Source: a virus
DNA length: 64,000 bases
Virus record (IMG/VR): IMGVR_UViG_3300042468_000945
Coordinates: 1 to 64,000 of that record
Reading direction: 5' to 3' (one strand)
The number at the start of each line of letters is the position of its first letter. Positions within the stretch are counted from its first letter, which is position 1. Of this stretch, positions 53,339 through 62,779 are shown piece by piece. The notes under the pieces are model-generated. The model did not search any database, was not told the origin of the DNA, and worked only from the letters and a program-made list of their open reading frames with translations. The translations under genes were made by a program, and so were the position numbers.

Positions 53339-55024
53339 TTATTCCTTTGAATCTGGTAAATTATATACCAATGCTTCTGTAGTTAGGATAGTACCAGCCA
53401 CACTTGAAGCACTTAATACAACCTGTCTACTAACAAATGCAGGGTCAATGATTCCAAAATCAAACATATCACCGTACTCTCCAGTTCTGGCATTAAAACC
53501 ATACGTAGATTGTTTAGCTAGTGCCAGATTCTTTTCCTTATTAGGTCGTCCCCTCTCCCCAGTCTTTTCATTGTGTTCCAAGACTTTTTGATATACAACA
53601 GAACCATTATAACCAGCATTAGTTGCAATAGCAAGAAGAGGTGCCTTTAGGGTATCTAAGAATAGATTATAACCTACCTCAACATCACCATCCTTGAACT
53701 TTCTTGTTTGATTTGCCTTAACAACTTGTGCCGCTCTAATAAAGGACATCCCACCACCAACAACAATACCATTCTTTAAAGCAGTCTTTACAGCAGCAAC
53801 AGCATCTTCAAATCTGTACTTCTTTTCTTTCATTTCTGCTTCAGTGTTTGCACCAATACTGATAATACAAATACCACTTGTAAGTTTTGCTATTCTAAGT
53901 TCTAAGTACTCTTTCTGGAAAGGAGGTGTTTCTGGATCATTTTGCTTTTCCTTCAACTTATTTACATGAGCAGCAACAACCTCATCAGATGCAGAGCCAA
54001 TTAAAGTTGTAGTTTCTAAATCAATAATGATTTTCTTCGCCTTCCCTAATGAACGGAAGGATACATTATTAACCCTTGTACCTGATTCTTTTCTAATAAA
54101 TTCAGCACCAGTTATAACTGCCAAGTCTTCATACCAATCCTGAACCCTAGCACCATAGCCAGGAGCCTTAACACAAGCAAACATGTAACCTCTTTCTGCC
54201 CTATTCTTTGCCAATGTCATAAAAGCATCTTGACTGGTAGGTACGTTTCCAATAATCAAAAGATTACCTTCATGTTTTCTTGGGTTTTCTTTTAAGTATA
54301 CAGTAAGGAAGTCTGCCATTTCAGGTGCTGTCTTAATATCATCTTCAAAAAGCAAGATATCAACATCTTCCATAACGCACTCTAACTTGTCACGATCTGT
54401 AATAAAGTAAGGACTGAGGAGACCACTATCAAAATTCATGCCCTTACTATGCTTTAAAACCGTTTCTAGACCTCCTGGATGGAAAGTAACAAAACCATTA
54501 CCCCCTACCGAAGTAAACGCATCAGCGACTGTTTTACCAACATGTTCATCGTTACCAGAAATAGTAGCAAGATTCTCAATTACAGCATAATCCTCAGCTG
54601 TAATTGGTTTAGCCATTGAGTCAATTACTTCAACAACATCCCTAGCAGCTTCTTCAATACCTTCTTTAATTCTAATACCGTTTCTATTTAGGCCAACTTG
54701 CTTGTTACCTTCGTGAACCACTGCTTGGGCTAACACAATACTAGAGGTTGTCCCATCACCTACAGTATCATTAGTTCTAATTGCAGCTTGTTTTAGTAAT
54801 TGTGCTCCAATAGATTCAGCTGGGTCTGCTACCTTAATTGATCTTGCAACAGTTACACCGTCTTTTGTGACAATTGGCGGAACCCAAACATTGTCAGATT
54901 CAATAACAACATTAGAACCACCAGGACCTAACGTAACTGATACTGCTTTAGCAACCTTATCTACGCCTCTAATAATAGCCTTTCTAGCGTCATCTGAGTA
55001 CATTGTCTCGTTCTTATTATTCAT
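53339..55024 (-). CDS. groEL: group I chaperonin GroEL
   Basis: TLGPGG, TKDGVTVA, GDGTTS, GMNFDSG..SPYF, KAPGYG, FEDAV, GGG, GIIDP. Confidence 0.96.
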   Translation of the reverse strand: MNNKNETMYSDDARKAIIRGVDKVAKAVSVTLGPGGSNVVIESDNVWVPPIVTKDGVTVARSIKVADPAESIGAQLLKQAAIRTNDTVGDGTTSSIVLAQAVVHEGNKQVGLNRNGIRIKEGIEEAARDVVEVIDSMAKPITAEDYAVIENLATISGNDEHVGKTVADAFTSVGGNGFVTFHPGGLETVLKHSKGMNFDSGLLSPYFITDRDKLECVMEDVDILLFEDDIKTAPEMADFLTVYLKENPRKHEGNLLIIGNVPTSQDAFMTLAKNRAERGYMFACVKAPGYGARVQDWYEDLAVITGAEFIRKESGTRVNNVSFRSLGKAKKIIIDLETTTLIGSASDEVVAAHVNKLKEKQNDPETPPFQKEYLELRIAKLTSGICIISIGANTEAEMKEKKYRFEDAVAAVKTALKNGIVVGGGMSFIRAAQVVKANQTRKFKDGDVEVGYNLFLDTLKAPLLAIATNAGYNGSVVYQKVLEHNEKTGERGRPNKEKNLALAKQSTYGFNARTGEYGDMFDFGIIDPAFVSRQVVLSASSVAGTILTTEALVYNLPDSKE

Positions 55025-55025
55025 A

Positions 55026-55532
55026 TTAATTTTTCTTAATTTCCTTTTCTAGTGCAATAAAAACTGCAACTGAATCTGATATGTTATACAAGTCTTTAAG
55101 TTTAGTTTTTTGTAGTCTGTCTCCAAACCCGTCAAATCTTAATTTAACAGCTTCTAAAATCTCTGTTTTTTCTGCTGTTCTATTATTACAAACTCTTTTT
55201 TTAACTTCTGATGCTGTGATATATTTAAATTCTATTTTTCTTGATATACACATAGATATAATACTACCCTCAACTAAAGCTAAAGCTTTAGCTGCTAGGC
55301 TGCTTTTAGATCCTAAAGGTATTTCAAAAAGAATGAGGTTAATAGAATAATCATCAATTAGTTTATTTAAGGTTGTAATTATATTTGATATTCTTTCAAT
55401 ATAATCGTCTTTTTGTTTTTTAGTTGAATCTTTTTTGGATGATATACACCCAAAGTCTTTGATTAAATCTCCAATAATAACTGACCATCCAAAGCCAGTT
55501 AGACTAGGATCTAAACATAAACAATTTCTCAT
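55026..55532 (-). CDS. ruvC: RuvC-like Holliday junction resolvase
   Basis: CLDPSLTGFGWSVI, ILFE, ASEVKK...AEKTEI, SDSVAV. Confidence 0.88.
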   Translation of the reverse strand: MRNCLCLDPSLTGFGWSVIIGDLIKDFGCISSKKDSTKKQKDDYIERISNIITTLNKLIDDYSINLILFEIPLGSKSSLAAKALALVEGSIISMCISRKIEFKYITASEVKKRVCNNRTAEKTEILEAVKLRFDGFGDRLQKTKLKDLYNISDSVAVFIALEKEIKKN

Positions 55533-55544
55533 TCAGTATTAGTG

Positions 55545-56972
55545 TCATTCAAATATGCTTAAACCTTTACTATATTTTATATAATTATCTGAAAAAGTCC
55601 ATTTTGGTGCTTTTTCTTTTCTTATATTAGTAATGTGGTCTGTTAAATTGTTATTAATAATATTAATGTTTCTTGTTTTTAAAACTTCTATAGGTTTTTG
55701 AATAGTTTTTATGTGATTATTAAAAACTACTCCACTCCCATTAGATGTCCAGTTATTAAGTCTCCATTCTACAATAATATCATCGGAAGCTTTTGGAATC
55801 ACATTATTAAATGATAGGCTACCACTTGTATTTGTAACTTGACAACTTAAACCATTTATAATTGCAATACCATTATCTACATTTGTGTATCTACTAACTA
55901 CACCAGTTCCTACAAAAGTAAGATTAGTTTCTAGTATTGTTGAGTATTCAGGAACATCCCTTACAGAAAAATTAGAATACGTTGCATCGTATGTACCAGA
56001 ACTAGTAGCTGATAATGCTTGGTACTCATAACTATCTAAACAAATACCTAATGATGCTTTAACATCTTTAGTATTTTGAGTTTTTGAAAACCAACTAGAA
56101 AATAAAATCTTATTTCCCAGGTCTAAGTTATCATCGTTGTTCTTTCTTTTAAGTAAGAAGTAAAGTCCTTTTTCATCAGCACTTGACCATATAGGAACCC
56201 TAGTTGCTTGGTAGTTACTACCATTAAGAACAACATCAACTTTTTTTAATTGTTTAGCGGCAGTTCTATTTACAGACCTTACCTTTAAATCTTTACTAGA
56301 CCTAAAACCTAAAAACCCATCTTCTCTTACTTTTGAAGGGGGAAGAGGAATCCATGACTTACTGTTTGGATGAAGCCAGAAAGATAAGGTAGAGTTATTG
56401 AACTTAGAAAAATCAGAGATATAGTGCCAGTCATCACTATTCTTTATTGTATCTTGTTCTTGTAAAGAAAGATTACAAATTAAAATATCATCATTTATCT
56501 TTTTGTATGTCCAAGTGTCTGAAAAGAATAGATTTAAATACGAATCAACTTGTTTGGGGGTTGTTGTAGTGTCGTCACTTAATCTAACACCAATAGTATC
56601 TAACTTTTCATTGAAGTTAACATACCAAGCAAAGTCAGGTTCACTTACATCAAAACCCCATGACTTAGCTGAATAAACTGAGTTAATACTTGGTAACAAG
56701 TATTGGAACTCACAAAACAAAGAATTAACTATTCTTTGTATATTATAATCTGTAAAATCTGTTGTGGGGTAATTAGTAAGATTCCACGATAAAGGAATTA
56801 CTGTACCACTAGCTGAAATTAAATTGTTTGAAAGCCCTATTGTTAATACTGATGGTATTTCTTGTACTTCATTAATTTGAGGGTATGAATTAGCAGACAT
56901 CCACCTCGGGAGATTTATTAGAGGTGGTGTCCAGGTATCTTGAATATTAGAGCTATAATAGTTCCAAACCAA
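55545..56972 (-). CDS. putative baseplate wedge protein (family B; TTG start)
   Basis: LPRWM; FLLKRKNNDDNLDLGNKI; ends in SIFE. Confidence 0.6.
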   Translation of the reverse strand: MVWNYYSSNIQDTWTPPLINLPRWMSANSYPQINEVQEIPSVLTIGLSNNLISASGTVIPLSWNLTNYPTTDFTDYNIQRIVNSLFCEFQYLLPSINSVYSAKSWGFDVSEPDFAWYVNFNEKLDTIGVRLSDDTTTTPKQVDSYLNLFFSDTWTYKKINDDILICNLSLQEQDTIKNSDDWHYISDFSKFNNSTLSFWLHPNSKSWIPLPPSKVREDGFLGFRSSKDLKVRSVNRTAAKQLKKVDVVLNGSNYQATRVPIWSSADEKGLYFLLKRKNNDDNLDLGNKILFSSWFSKTQNTKDVKASLGICLDSYEYQALSATSSGTYDATYSNFSVRDVPEYSTILETNLTFVGTGVVSRYTNVDNGIAIINGLSCQVTNTSGSLSFNNVIPKASDDIIVEWRLNNWTSNGSGVVFNNHIKTIQKPIEVLKTRNINIINNNLTDHITNIRKEKAPKWTFSDNYIKYSKGLSIFE

Positions 56973-56983
56973 TAATTAATCCC

Positions 56984-58096
56984 TTATTGTACTAACAATG
57001 TTCTTAGAATAATTTGTTCTCCAACACCCACATTAACTTCCCTATCAGGAGAAAGTTGAATACCATCAAGACTTGCTGTAATTGATGCATCAATTACAGC
57101 ACTATCAGAAGAAGCTGCAATAGTTCTAAGTTGAGATATAAATAAGGAACTACTGCCTCCACCTGTTTCTATTGGTAGGGCATTAATTAATGAAGATATT
57201 TGAGTTCTAACAGATGCTCTAATATTTTCTTGGTTAGTTGCAGTAGGTTTAAACCTTAAAGAAATTTTAACATCAAGGTTTCTTGCTGTTGGGACTCTAA
57301 CTACTGCGTTAATTCCTACATTAACTGCATCATCTAGTACAGCCTGGCATTTTTCAACAATATCGTTTGCCTGGTTCTGGTGGTAAGGTGTTACAATAAT
57401 GTCAAAAGTACCACCACCACGATTTAGATTTAAAAGAACAGCATCCTTAACACCAACAACACCCCTTACAAGTGCAATAACATTATCAGTATTTAATACG
57501 TTTCTTCTTCTAAACCCTTGTAGAATTCTTTCACGATAACTATCGTCAGACTCTTGTAAACTACCATTTGTAATTGGTAGAATATTACTTACTCGTACAT
57601 TGGGGTTAGGCACATTATGGGAGTCAATTTCTCCTGCACCTACATTATATGCTGGACCTGTTTGTGCCGCTGATACGTGAACATCAACTGATTGACCAGC
57701 ACCAACAGAAGCACCTTCAACAGTGAAGAAAGCATTATTTATATTACTAGAAACCCAAACCCGAGTACTAAAAGGTATTGAAACAGAAGAACCACTTAAG
57801 TTAGTAAATCTGATTGACTTTGTTTGACCTAGTGTAGTGGCTTTACTTTCTTCTTTCCTAGCCACCCCTACAATTAAACCTATTTGATCTAGGGATGGAC
57901 CTGTCGCAGTTGTTAAGTTAGATTGATTATTTAAATCTTCTAGGTATTCCCAAATACCATCTAACTCCTCAGCGACTAACCTTAAAAGAGTTCCAATTAC
58001 TGTGCCATTTAAGCTGGCAGTGATACTTGTTTCAGAGACAATTCTGCTGTATAAACTATTTAAAATTTCCTCTTTAGACGGTCTTGCTATGTTCAT
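56984..58096 (-). CDS. baseplate J/gp47-like wedge protein
   Basis: ATGPSLDQIG, GPAYNVGAGEI, ESDDSYRERI, GGGTFDIIV. Confidence 0.88.
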   Translation of the reverse strand: MNIARPSKEEILNSLYSRIVSETSITASLNGTVIGTLLRLVAEELDGIWEYLEDLNNQSNLTTATGPSLDQIGLIVGVARKEESKATTLGQTKSIRFTNLSGSSVSIPFSTRVWVSSNINNAFFTVEGASVGAGQSVDVHVSAAQTGPAYNVGAGEIDSHNVPNPNVRVSNILPITNGSLQESDDSYRERILQGFRRRNVLNTDNVIALVRGVVGVKDAVLLNLNRGGGTFDIIVTPYHQNQANDIVEKCQAVLDDAVNVGINAVVRVPTARNLDVKISLRFKPTATNQENIRASVRTQISSLINALPIETGGGSSSLFISQLRTIAASSDSAVIDASITASLDGIQLSPDREVNVGVGEQIILRTLLVQ

Positions 58097-58098
58097 AA

Positions 58099-58437
58099 TT
58101 AAGTTCCAAAAATAATGCTGTCTCTAAACTTAAATAGAGGATTAATTTTTAGGTTAATAATTGCTTTAGTTAATTCTTCGTTATAATCAATTTCATAACT
58201 AATTAAACCAAAGTAAGCATACTTCTTGTCTTTAGATGTTTCAGATTCCAAAATTAAAGTTTCATTTAATTTTAAATGCGTTAAGTCTACTTTATCAATG
58301 TCTAATGTTAAAATTAATGTGTTTTTCTTTGTTAGTTCCACATTATTAACACTAAAACAAAGTTTCCTATCAAGATAACCTTCCTCACCAGGGTTTCCTT
58401 TCTTTAACAAATATAAATAATACTTTAAATTATCCAT
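58099..58437 (-). CDS. hypothetical protein
   Basis: 112-aa ORF. Confidence 0.65.
   Translation of the reverse strand: MDNLKYYLYLLKKGNPGEEGYLDRKLCFSVNNVELTKKNTLILTLDIDKVDLTHLKLNETLILESETSKDKKYAYFGLISYEIDYNEELTKAIINLKINPLFKFRDSIIFGT
58131..58140 (-). promoter_or_regulatory. candidate late-promoter motif CCTCTATTTA
   Basis: 34 nt upstream of the baseplate J ATG, inside the 3' end of the upstream ORF. Confidence 0.35.
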
Positions 58438-59722
58438 GACTTTCTCTACAACACTTCTTATATTTTAATCCAGAACCACAAGGGCAAAGTGCATTTCTAT
58501 CTACTTGACCCCAAACTCTACCACTTATTTTTTTATTAGGTCCTAGTTTTCCTTTTTGTGCTCTATCAATAATATCTTTCCAAGCATAAGGCCACTTATG
58601 AAAATTATTTTCTAGTGAGTATTCATTAATTGCAAGTTCTCGATTTTCCTTTTGCATCTTCTCTCTTCTTACAGTATTGGTTACAAGTTCTTCTAAAGCA
58701 GAAAACCATGTACTATAGTTACCCTCACCACTACCCACAATTAAAACACTTTCAGGGTGCTTTCTTTGGAGCTTAGAATATGGAGCAACATTACTTGCAA
58801 TCATGGCTTGACCAGCTGCAAAACCTTCAAGAAGTTTTAAAGGGGATTTTGAAATATTAAATTCACAAGGGTGAACAGGAGCTAAACCAATATCTGCACC
58901 AAACAATCCTGTTGGGTGATCCATAAAGTGTCTTGGTTCCACCAATTCATATCTACCTTCTGGAATGATATTATCTTTATTAAGGTGATTAAAGATGTCT
59001 GGCGCACCATAGTAAGCAAAAATAGTTTCTGGATATTTCTGTAAGATTCTAGAAATAGGAACCATTATCTGCTCTAAATCAGTAAGGTGCGAACTACCTC
59101 CACTCCATTGGATCACAACTTTATCTTTCCATCTATCTGGTTTTTTAATTTTTATAGGTTCAAAGAATGGTTCTCCGTCTTGCCAAGAAACATTAACCTT
59201 CCAATCTCTAAAACTAAAATCAATATAGTTAGGCAGGATTGCGTAGTTTGTGTTAAACTCAGAATAAGCACCAGCTAACTCCTCAGTGGTTACAGTCAAA
59301 CCGTGACAGTTTTCCATAAACTTCTCTAGCCACTTTAAAGTATCTGAACCAGGATAATATGCAGTATAGGCTGGACTTGTTTTTAAAACTTTATGCAGGT
59401 CGTCATCAACCTCAAAAACAATTATCTTTCCATCCCATTGAAGTGTTCTAAACATTTCATAGGCTTCTGGGCTATTTTGTCTTGGTGCAATAATAACATC
59501 TGCATGTATGAATTGATTCAAATTTTGAGATGTTCCATATACAACATCTGCTCCATGCATTTTTAACATGTGGAGCGGATTAATTACCCTATAATGCCCA
59601 CAAGCACCATTATCAGCAACTAAACCAACAACTTTAAGTCCAGCATACTTGTCGCTTACTTTGTAGTCTGGAAGTTTCCTAGATGTTGTGGATACTTTCT
59701 CAATTAAACTGTTTGTTTCCAT
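58430..59722 (-). CDS. GT-B (GT4-like) glycosyltransferase with a C-terminal SEC-C zinc-binding motif
   Basis: ACGHYRV..P, FEVDDDL, WSGGSSH..DL, DIGLAP...FNISKSPLKLLE; C-terminal RNALCPCGSGLKYKKCC. Confidence 0.88.
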   Translation of the reverse strand: METNSLIEKVSTTSRKLPDYKVSDKYAGLKVVGLVADNGACGHYRVINPLHMLKMHGADVVYGTSQNLNQFIHADVIIAPRQNSPEAYEMFRTLQWDGKIIVFEVDDDLHKVLKTSPAYTAYYPGSDTLKWLEKFMENCHGLTVTTEELAGAYSEFNTNYAILPNYIDFSFRDWKVNVSWQDGEPFFEPIKIKKPDRWKDKVVIQWSGGSSHLTDLEQIMVPISRILQKYPETIFAYYGAPDIFNHLNKDNIIPEGRYELVEPRHFMDHPTGLFGADIGLAPVHPCEFNISKSPLKLLEGFAAGQAMIASNVAPYSKLQRKHPESVLIVGSGEGNYSTWFSALEELVTNTVRREKMQKENRELAINEYSLENNFHKWPYAWKDIIDRAQKGKLGPNKKISGRVWGQVDRNALCPCGSGLKYKKCCRESHG

Positions 59723-59742
59723 AAACTACAGATAGTGTAACG

Positions 59743-60153
59743 TTATATAGTATAATTTACCCTATCAAAAACTAAACCTTTCTGTAAGTCTAATTGACTG
59801 CTAACTTGAATTACTTTATCTGGATCATCTTTTGATGGTAATTCAATAAGTATAAATACCTCATCTTTATCTAAAGGGATACACGTAACTTCAACACTAG
59901 ATAATGATAAGTCAAACAAGAGAGCACTTCTTACCCTGTTTTCAATTCTTAGCCTTGTTGCTGTAGAGTTCTCTTCACCTATAAAATCTTCTAAGCTTAC
60001 ACCAATTTCAGGTTCAAGTAAGTTATCACCTGCTGTTGTTTTTAGTAAAAATACAATTTGTTGTGCTAACTGCTCATCACCTGAAACAACAGCTAAGTCT
60101 CCGTTTGCTCCAATAATAAGATCTCCGTTATCTGTTATTTTTAAATCTGTCAT
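59743..60153 (-). CDS. gp25/GPW-like baseplate wedge protein
   Basis: TDLKITDNGDL...GDLAVVSG..QLAQQI...G..LEDFIG. Confidence 0.82.
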   Translation of the reverse strand: MTDLKITDNGDLIIGANGDLAVVSGDEQLAQQIVFLLKTTAGDNLLEPEIGVSLEDFIGEENSTATRLRIENRVRSALLFDLSLSSVEVTCIPLDKDEVFILIELPSKDDPDKVIQVSSQLDLQKGLVFDRVNYTI

Positions 60154-60692
60154 TTTAAGTTCTCCATGTAATAAGTTAAGTGATCCATTTCTGGTGAGTC
60201 TACTAAATCATAATCAACAAATAAAGTATCATTATTGCAGTAATTAGATAGGGGCTTTTTATTTATAATTTCCCCTGTTTCTGGAATAACTCTTGTTGTA
60301 TCATCCATAACATATATTTTACTAATATCAACATCTTTTTTAATTAGTAAAACATTATAGTCTTCATTTATTTTGGGATTAAAAACTTTATTACCTACAG
60401 GTAATGAAAACCAATCAGTATTTGGAAATGAAATAAACTTAGAGGTTACAATAGTTGAATTAGAAAGAAGGTATAATCCACCACTCATGTCCCCAAGCAT
60501 TCTTACCTGTCCAGCATAGATATCAAACTGACCTTGATCTCTAAATATAGCACCTACAGGAAGATCAGGGTGTCTTAATCCAATATCACTATCTGAATAA
60601 GTTAATTGATTTGATCGTATAGTATCATTCGTAACTTCTTCACTATACCTATCAATAGCTATCCTTGTTTGATCAAACATACTTAAACTCAT
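60150..60692 (-). CDS. putative baseplate spike-associated protein
   Basis: Position upstream of gp25; IGLRHPD...DIYAG. Confidence 0.5.
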   Translation of the reverse strand: MSLSMFDQTRIAIDRYSEEVTNDTIRSNQLTYSDSDIGLRHPDLPVGAIFRDQGQFDIYAGQVRMLGDMSGGLYLLSNSTIVTSKFISFPNTDWFSLPVGNKVFNPKINEDYNVLLIKKDVDISKIYVMDDTTRVIPETGEIINKKPLSNYCNNDTLFVDYDLVDSPEMDHLTYYMENLK

Positions 60693-61390
60693 TTTATTGT
60701 TGTCCCTGGCCCAAACGGATTCATTGGCTTAACAATGTTTCCTGTATTTGGTTTATTTATTTTATCTAATACTGATGGTAAGAATAAAGAAGTACCAGTT
60801 GCATTATTAGTCCCCTGAGAGGTTTTTGTTAAACCAGGTGTTTGTGGTTTTTCTTTATTACTTTTCCAGTTTTCAGGTACTTGTTGTGCTCCAAGTTTAC
60901 TGCCTTCAGGTGTTGGTCCTATGTCCCCAACCATAGGTGCAGGTGTACCAACATCGTTTGTTAAAGTACCACCTCTAGGTTGCTTCTTGGTCCTACCAGC
61001 AATAATAGTAGGCATTTGTATTCTACCAGCTGCAAAGTTAATTTCTGCCTCAATAAAATTATCACGAAGAAGCTCAGAATTAAAGTCACCGGTTTTTCCA
61101 GTATTGCCAGCTAGACCAGCCCAAGAAACTTTAGGGTTGAATATGGTACGATAATCCACCCCTTCAGAACTTCTACAAACAACTGCAAAACCTATTTTAG
61201 ATGCTTTAGCTTTCTGTGCCCAACTCTCCTCACTATAAAGATTAATACTAGTCGTAGACCTCATCCAAGGACTCTTGGCAAACTCTGCAACGACATCACC
61301 AGCATTTACCAAAATACCGCTAGTATATGTTAAGTTCTCTCTAATATTCTTTATATTATTCTTATCTAATTGATCTTTATAGTCGCTCAT
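60689..61390 (-). CDS. putative baseplate spike/OB-fold protein (ATG 61390 preferred to track start 61468)
   Basis: Position between the lysins and gp25; ends in EINF..G...PTIIAG followed by a low-complexity tail. Confidence 0.5.
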   Translation of the reverse strand: MSDYKDQLDKNNIKNIRENLTYTSGILVNAGDVVAEFAKSPWMRSTTSINLYSEESWAQKAKASKIGFAVVCRSSEGVDYRTIFNPKVSWAGLAGNTGKTGDFNSELLRDNFIEAEINFAAGRIQMPTIIAGRTKKQPRGGTLTNDVGTPAPMVGDIGPTPEGSKLGAQQVPENWKSNKEKPQTPGLTKTSQGTNNATGTSLFLPSVLDKINKPNTGNIVKPMNPFGPGTTIK

Positions 61391-61395
61391 AATAA

Positions 61396-62100
61396 TTAAC
61401 CAACAAATTCCCAGTGCCAGCTCTCGTCTAGCGAACGCCCATCTCTCAAAAGAGGTGGGTTTTCCCAACCATACTGTCTACCAACTCTATCCATCCACTT
61501 GTATGTAGGTGTTTGGCGCATTCTTGCTGAACCTGCTACTGATTGTGCTCTTGAACCACTAAAATATAGTTCAGCAATATCTACTGCCAATGCCCAACCA
61601 TGCGGTGACCTTCCTGGTTTAGCTGCTCTTCCACCACCTATTGATGCTTGGTGATTATAGGTTCTATATGCTGATGTAACAGTTAAACGAACACCATCTT
61701 TTCTTGCATGCTCCATTAGTTTTAACCATGCGTCAGCGGCATCAGGTCTTAACCAATGAAAACCTTTATATTCTGCTGTTCTCGTACTTCTTTTACCTAT
61801 GGCTTTTAGTGCAGATAATGGCAACCTACCATTACTATAACCACCCCAAGCAGAGGGTCTTTTACCTGTAGGGTAGTTTGTACTTGATTGAATTGTATTT
61901 TCTTGTGGTACTTCAGCAAACTCTTCTGGGTCATCAAAAGACAATCCAAGCATATCAGATATGCCCTGGGAATCTCTCAATGATTGGTAGCTTAATTCCT
62001 TACCAAAACCCATATTTGATCGCTGCTCATACAAATACCTTGTAAAAGTAGCTTCTAATTCATCCATGTCTGGAGGGATATTTGATGAAAATTGTTCCAT
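61396..62100 (-). CDS. M15B/VanY-like D,D-peptidase with a shared N-terminal tag
   Basis: SAYRT, PGRSPHGWALAVD (SxHxxxxAxD), ESWHWEF. Confidence 0.9.
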   Translation of the reverse strand: MEQFSSNIPPDMDELEATFTRYLYEQRSNMGFGKELSYQSLRDSQGISDMLGLSFDDPEEFAEVPQENTIQSSTNYPTGKRPSAWGGYSNGRLPLSALKAIGKRSTRTAEYKGFHWLRPDAADAWLKLMEHARKDGVRLTVTSAYRTYNHQASIGGGRAAKPGRSPHGWALAVDIAELYFSGSRAQSVAGSARMRQTPTYKWMDRVGRQYGWENPPLLRDGRSLDESWHWEFVG

Positions 62101-62101
62101 A

Positions 62102-62779
62102 TTAATATTGATACAGATTATTAGTTCTCATTAAATTAATTAATTTAGATGCGTATTCTGTATTTGTACCAGCATATCCAGCTGCCTGTAAAGCTCTAGC
62201 TACGTCATCTGCATTTTGTAATTTACCAATGCCTTGTTTCTTATACCTTGGTCCTGTAAGAAATCTTCCATGATCCATAATACTTTCTTCCCAGTTATGG
62301 TAAACCCTAAAGTTTGCTGTAGTAACAAACTGATTACTACCCGATCCTTCTCTTGTTCTTAAAGCAATTGTACCAGCAGGTCCAGAACCTTTAATACCAA
62401 ACAAGTTATTATATTTAGAAGCTAAATCACTTTTACCCCAACCGCTTTCTTCACACGCTTGTGCAAGTATAACAGCTACAGGAATATTGTATAGTTCAAA
62501 AGTTTTTTTAGCTCCTGGAAGTATTTTATCAATAAAGTCTTTCTTTGTTTTAGGTATGGGATTAGTATTTACAGGAGTGTTGTTATTTGTTGGCCCATTT
62601 GCAGCATTGATTATTTGTTGAAAAGCATTACCTACAGCCTGGAAGTAATTATTTGTTGGACCATATGGGAGTTTACTTTCAAACCCCATATTTGCACGTT
62701 GTTCAAATAAATACCTTTCAAGGAGCTTTTCAAGGTGTGAAGGGTCTTCTGGAATTATACTACTAAAATTTTCATTCAT
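62102..62779 (-). CDS. GH73 glucosaminidase/FlgJ-like muramidase with a shared N-terminal tag
   Basis: ILAQACEESGWG, NNLFGIKG, FRVY..WEESI.DH, LQAAGYA. Confidence 0.92.
   Translation of the reverse strand: MNENFSSIIPEDPSHLEKLLERYLFEQRANMGFESKLPYGPTNNYFQAVGNAFQQIINAANGPTNNNTPVNTNPIPKTKKDFIDKILPGAKKTFELYNIPVAVILAQACEESGWGKSDLASKYNNLFGIKGSGPAGTIALRTREGSGSNQFVTTANFRVYHNWEESIMDHGRFLTGPRYKKQGIGKLQNADDVARALQAAGYAGTNTEYASKLINLMRTNNLYQY

Noticed and set aside
47573-53591. Longer + strand ORFs (106, 176 and 133 aa) in the structural block, and similar ones at 15901, 38750, 60921 and 63211
   Set aside because: They lie opposite long genes and are explained by the scarcity of antisense stops in T/S/V/A-rich coding sequence.
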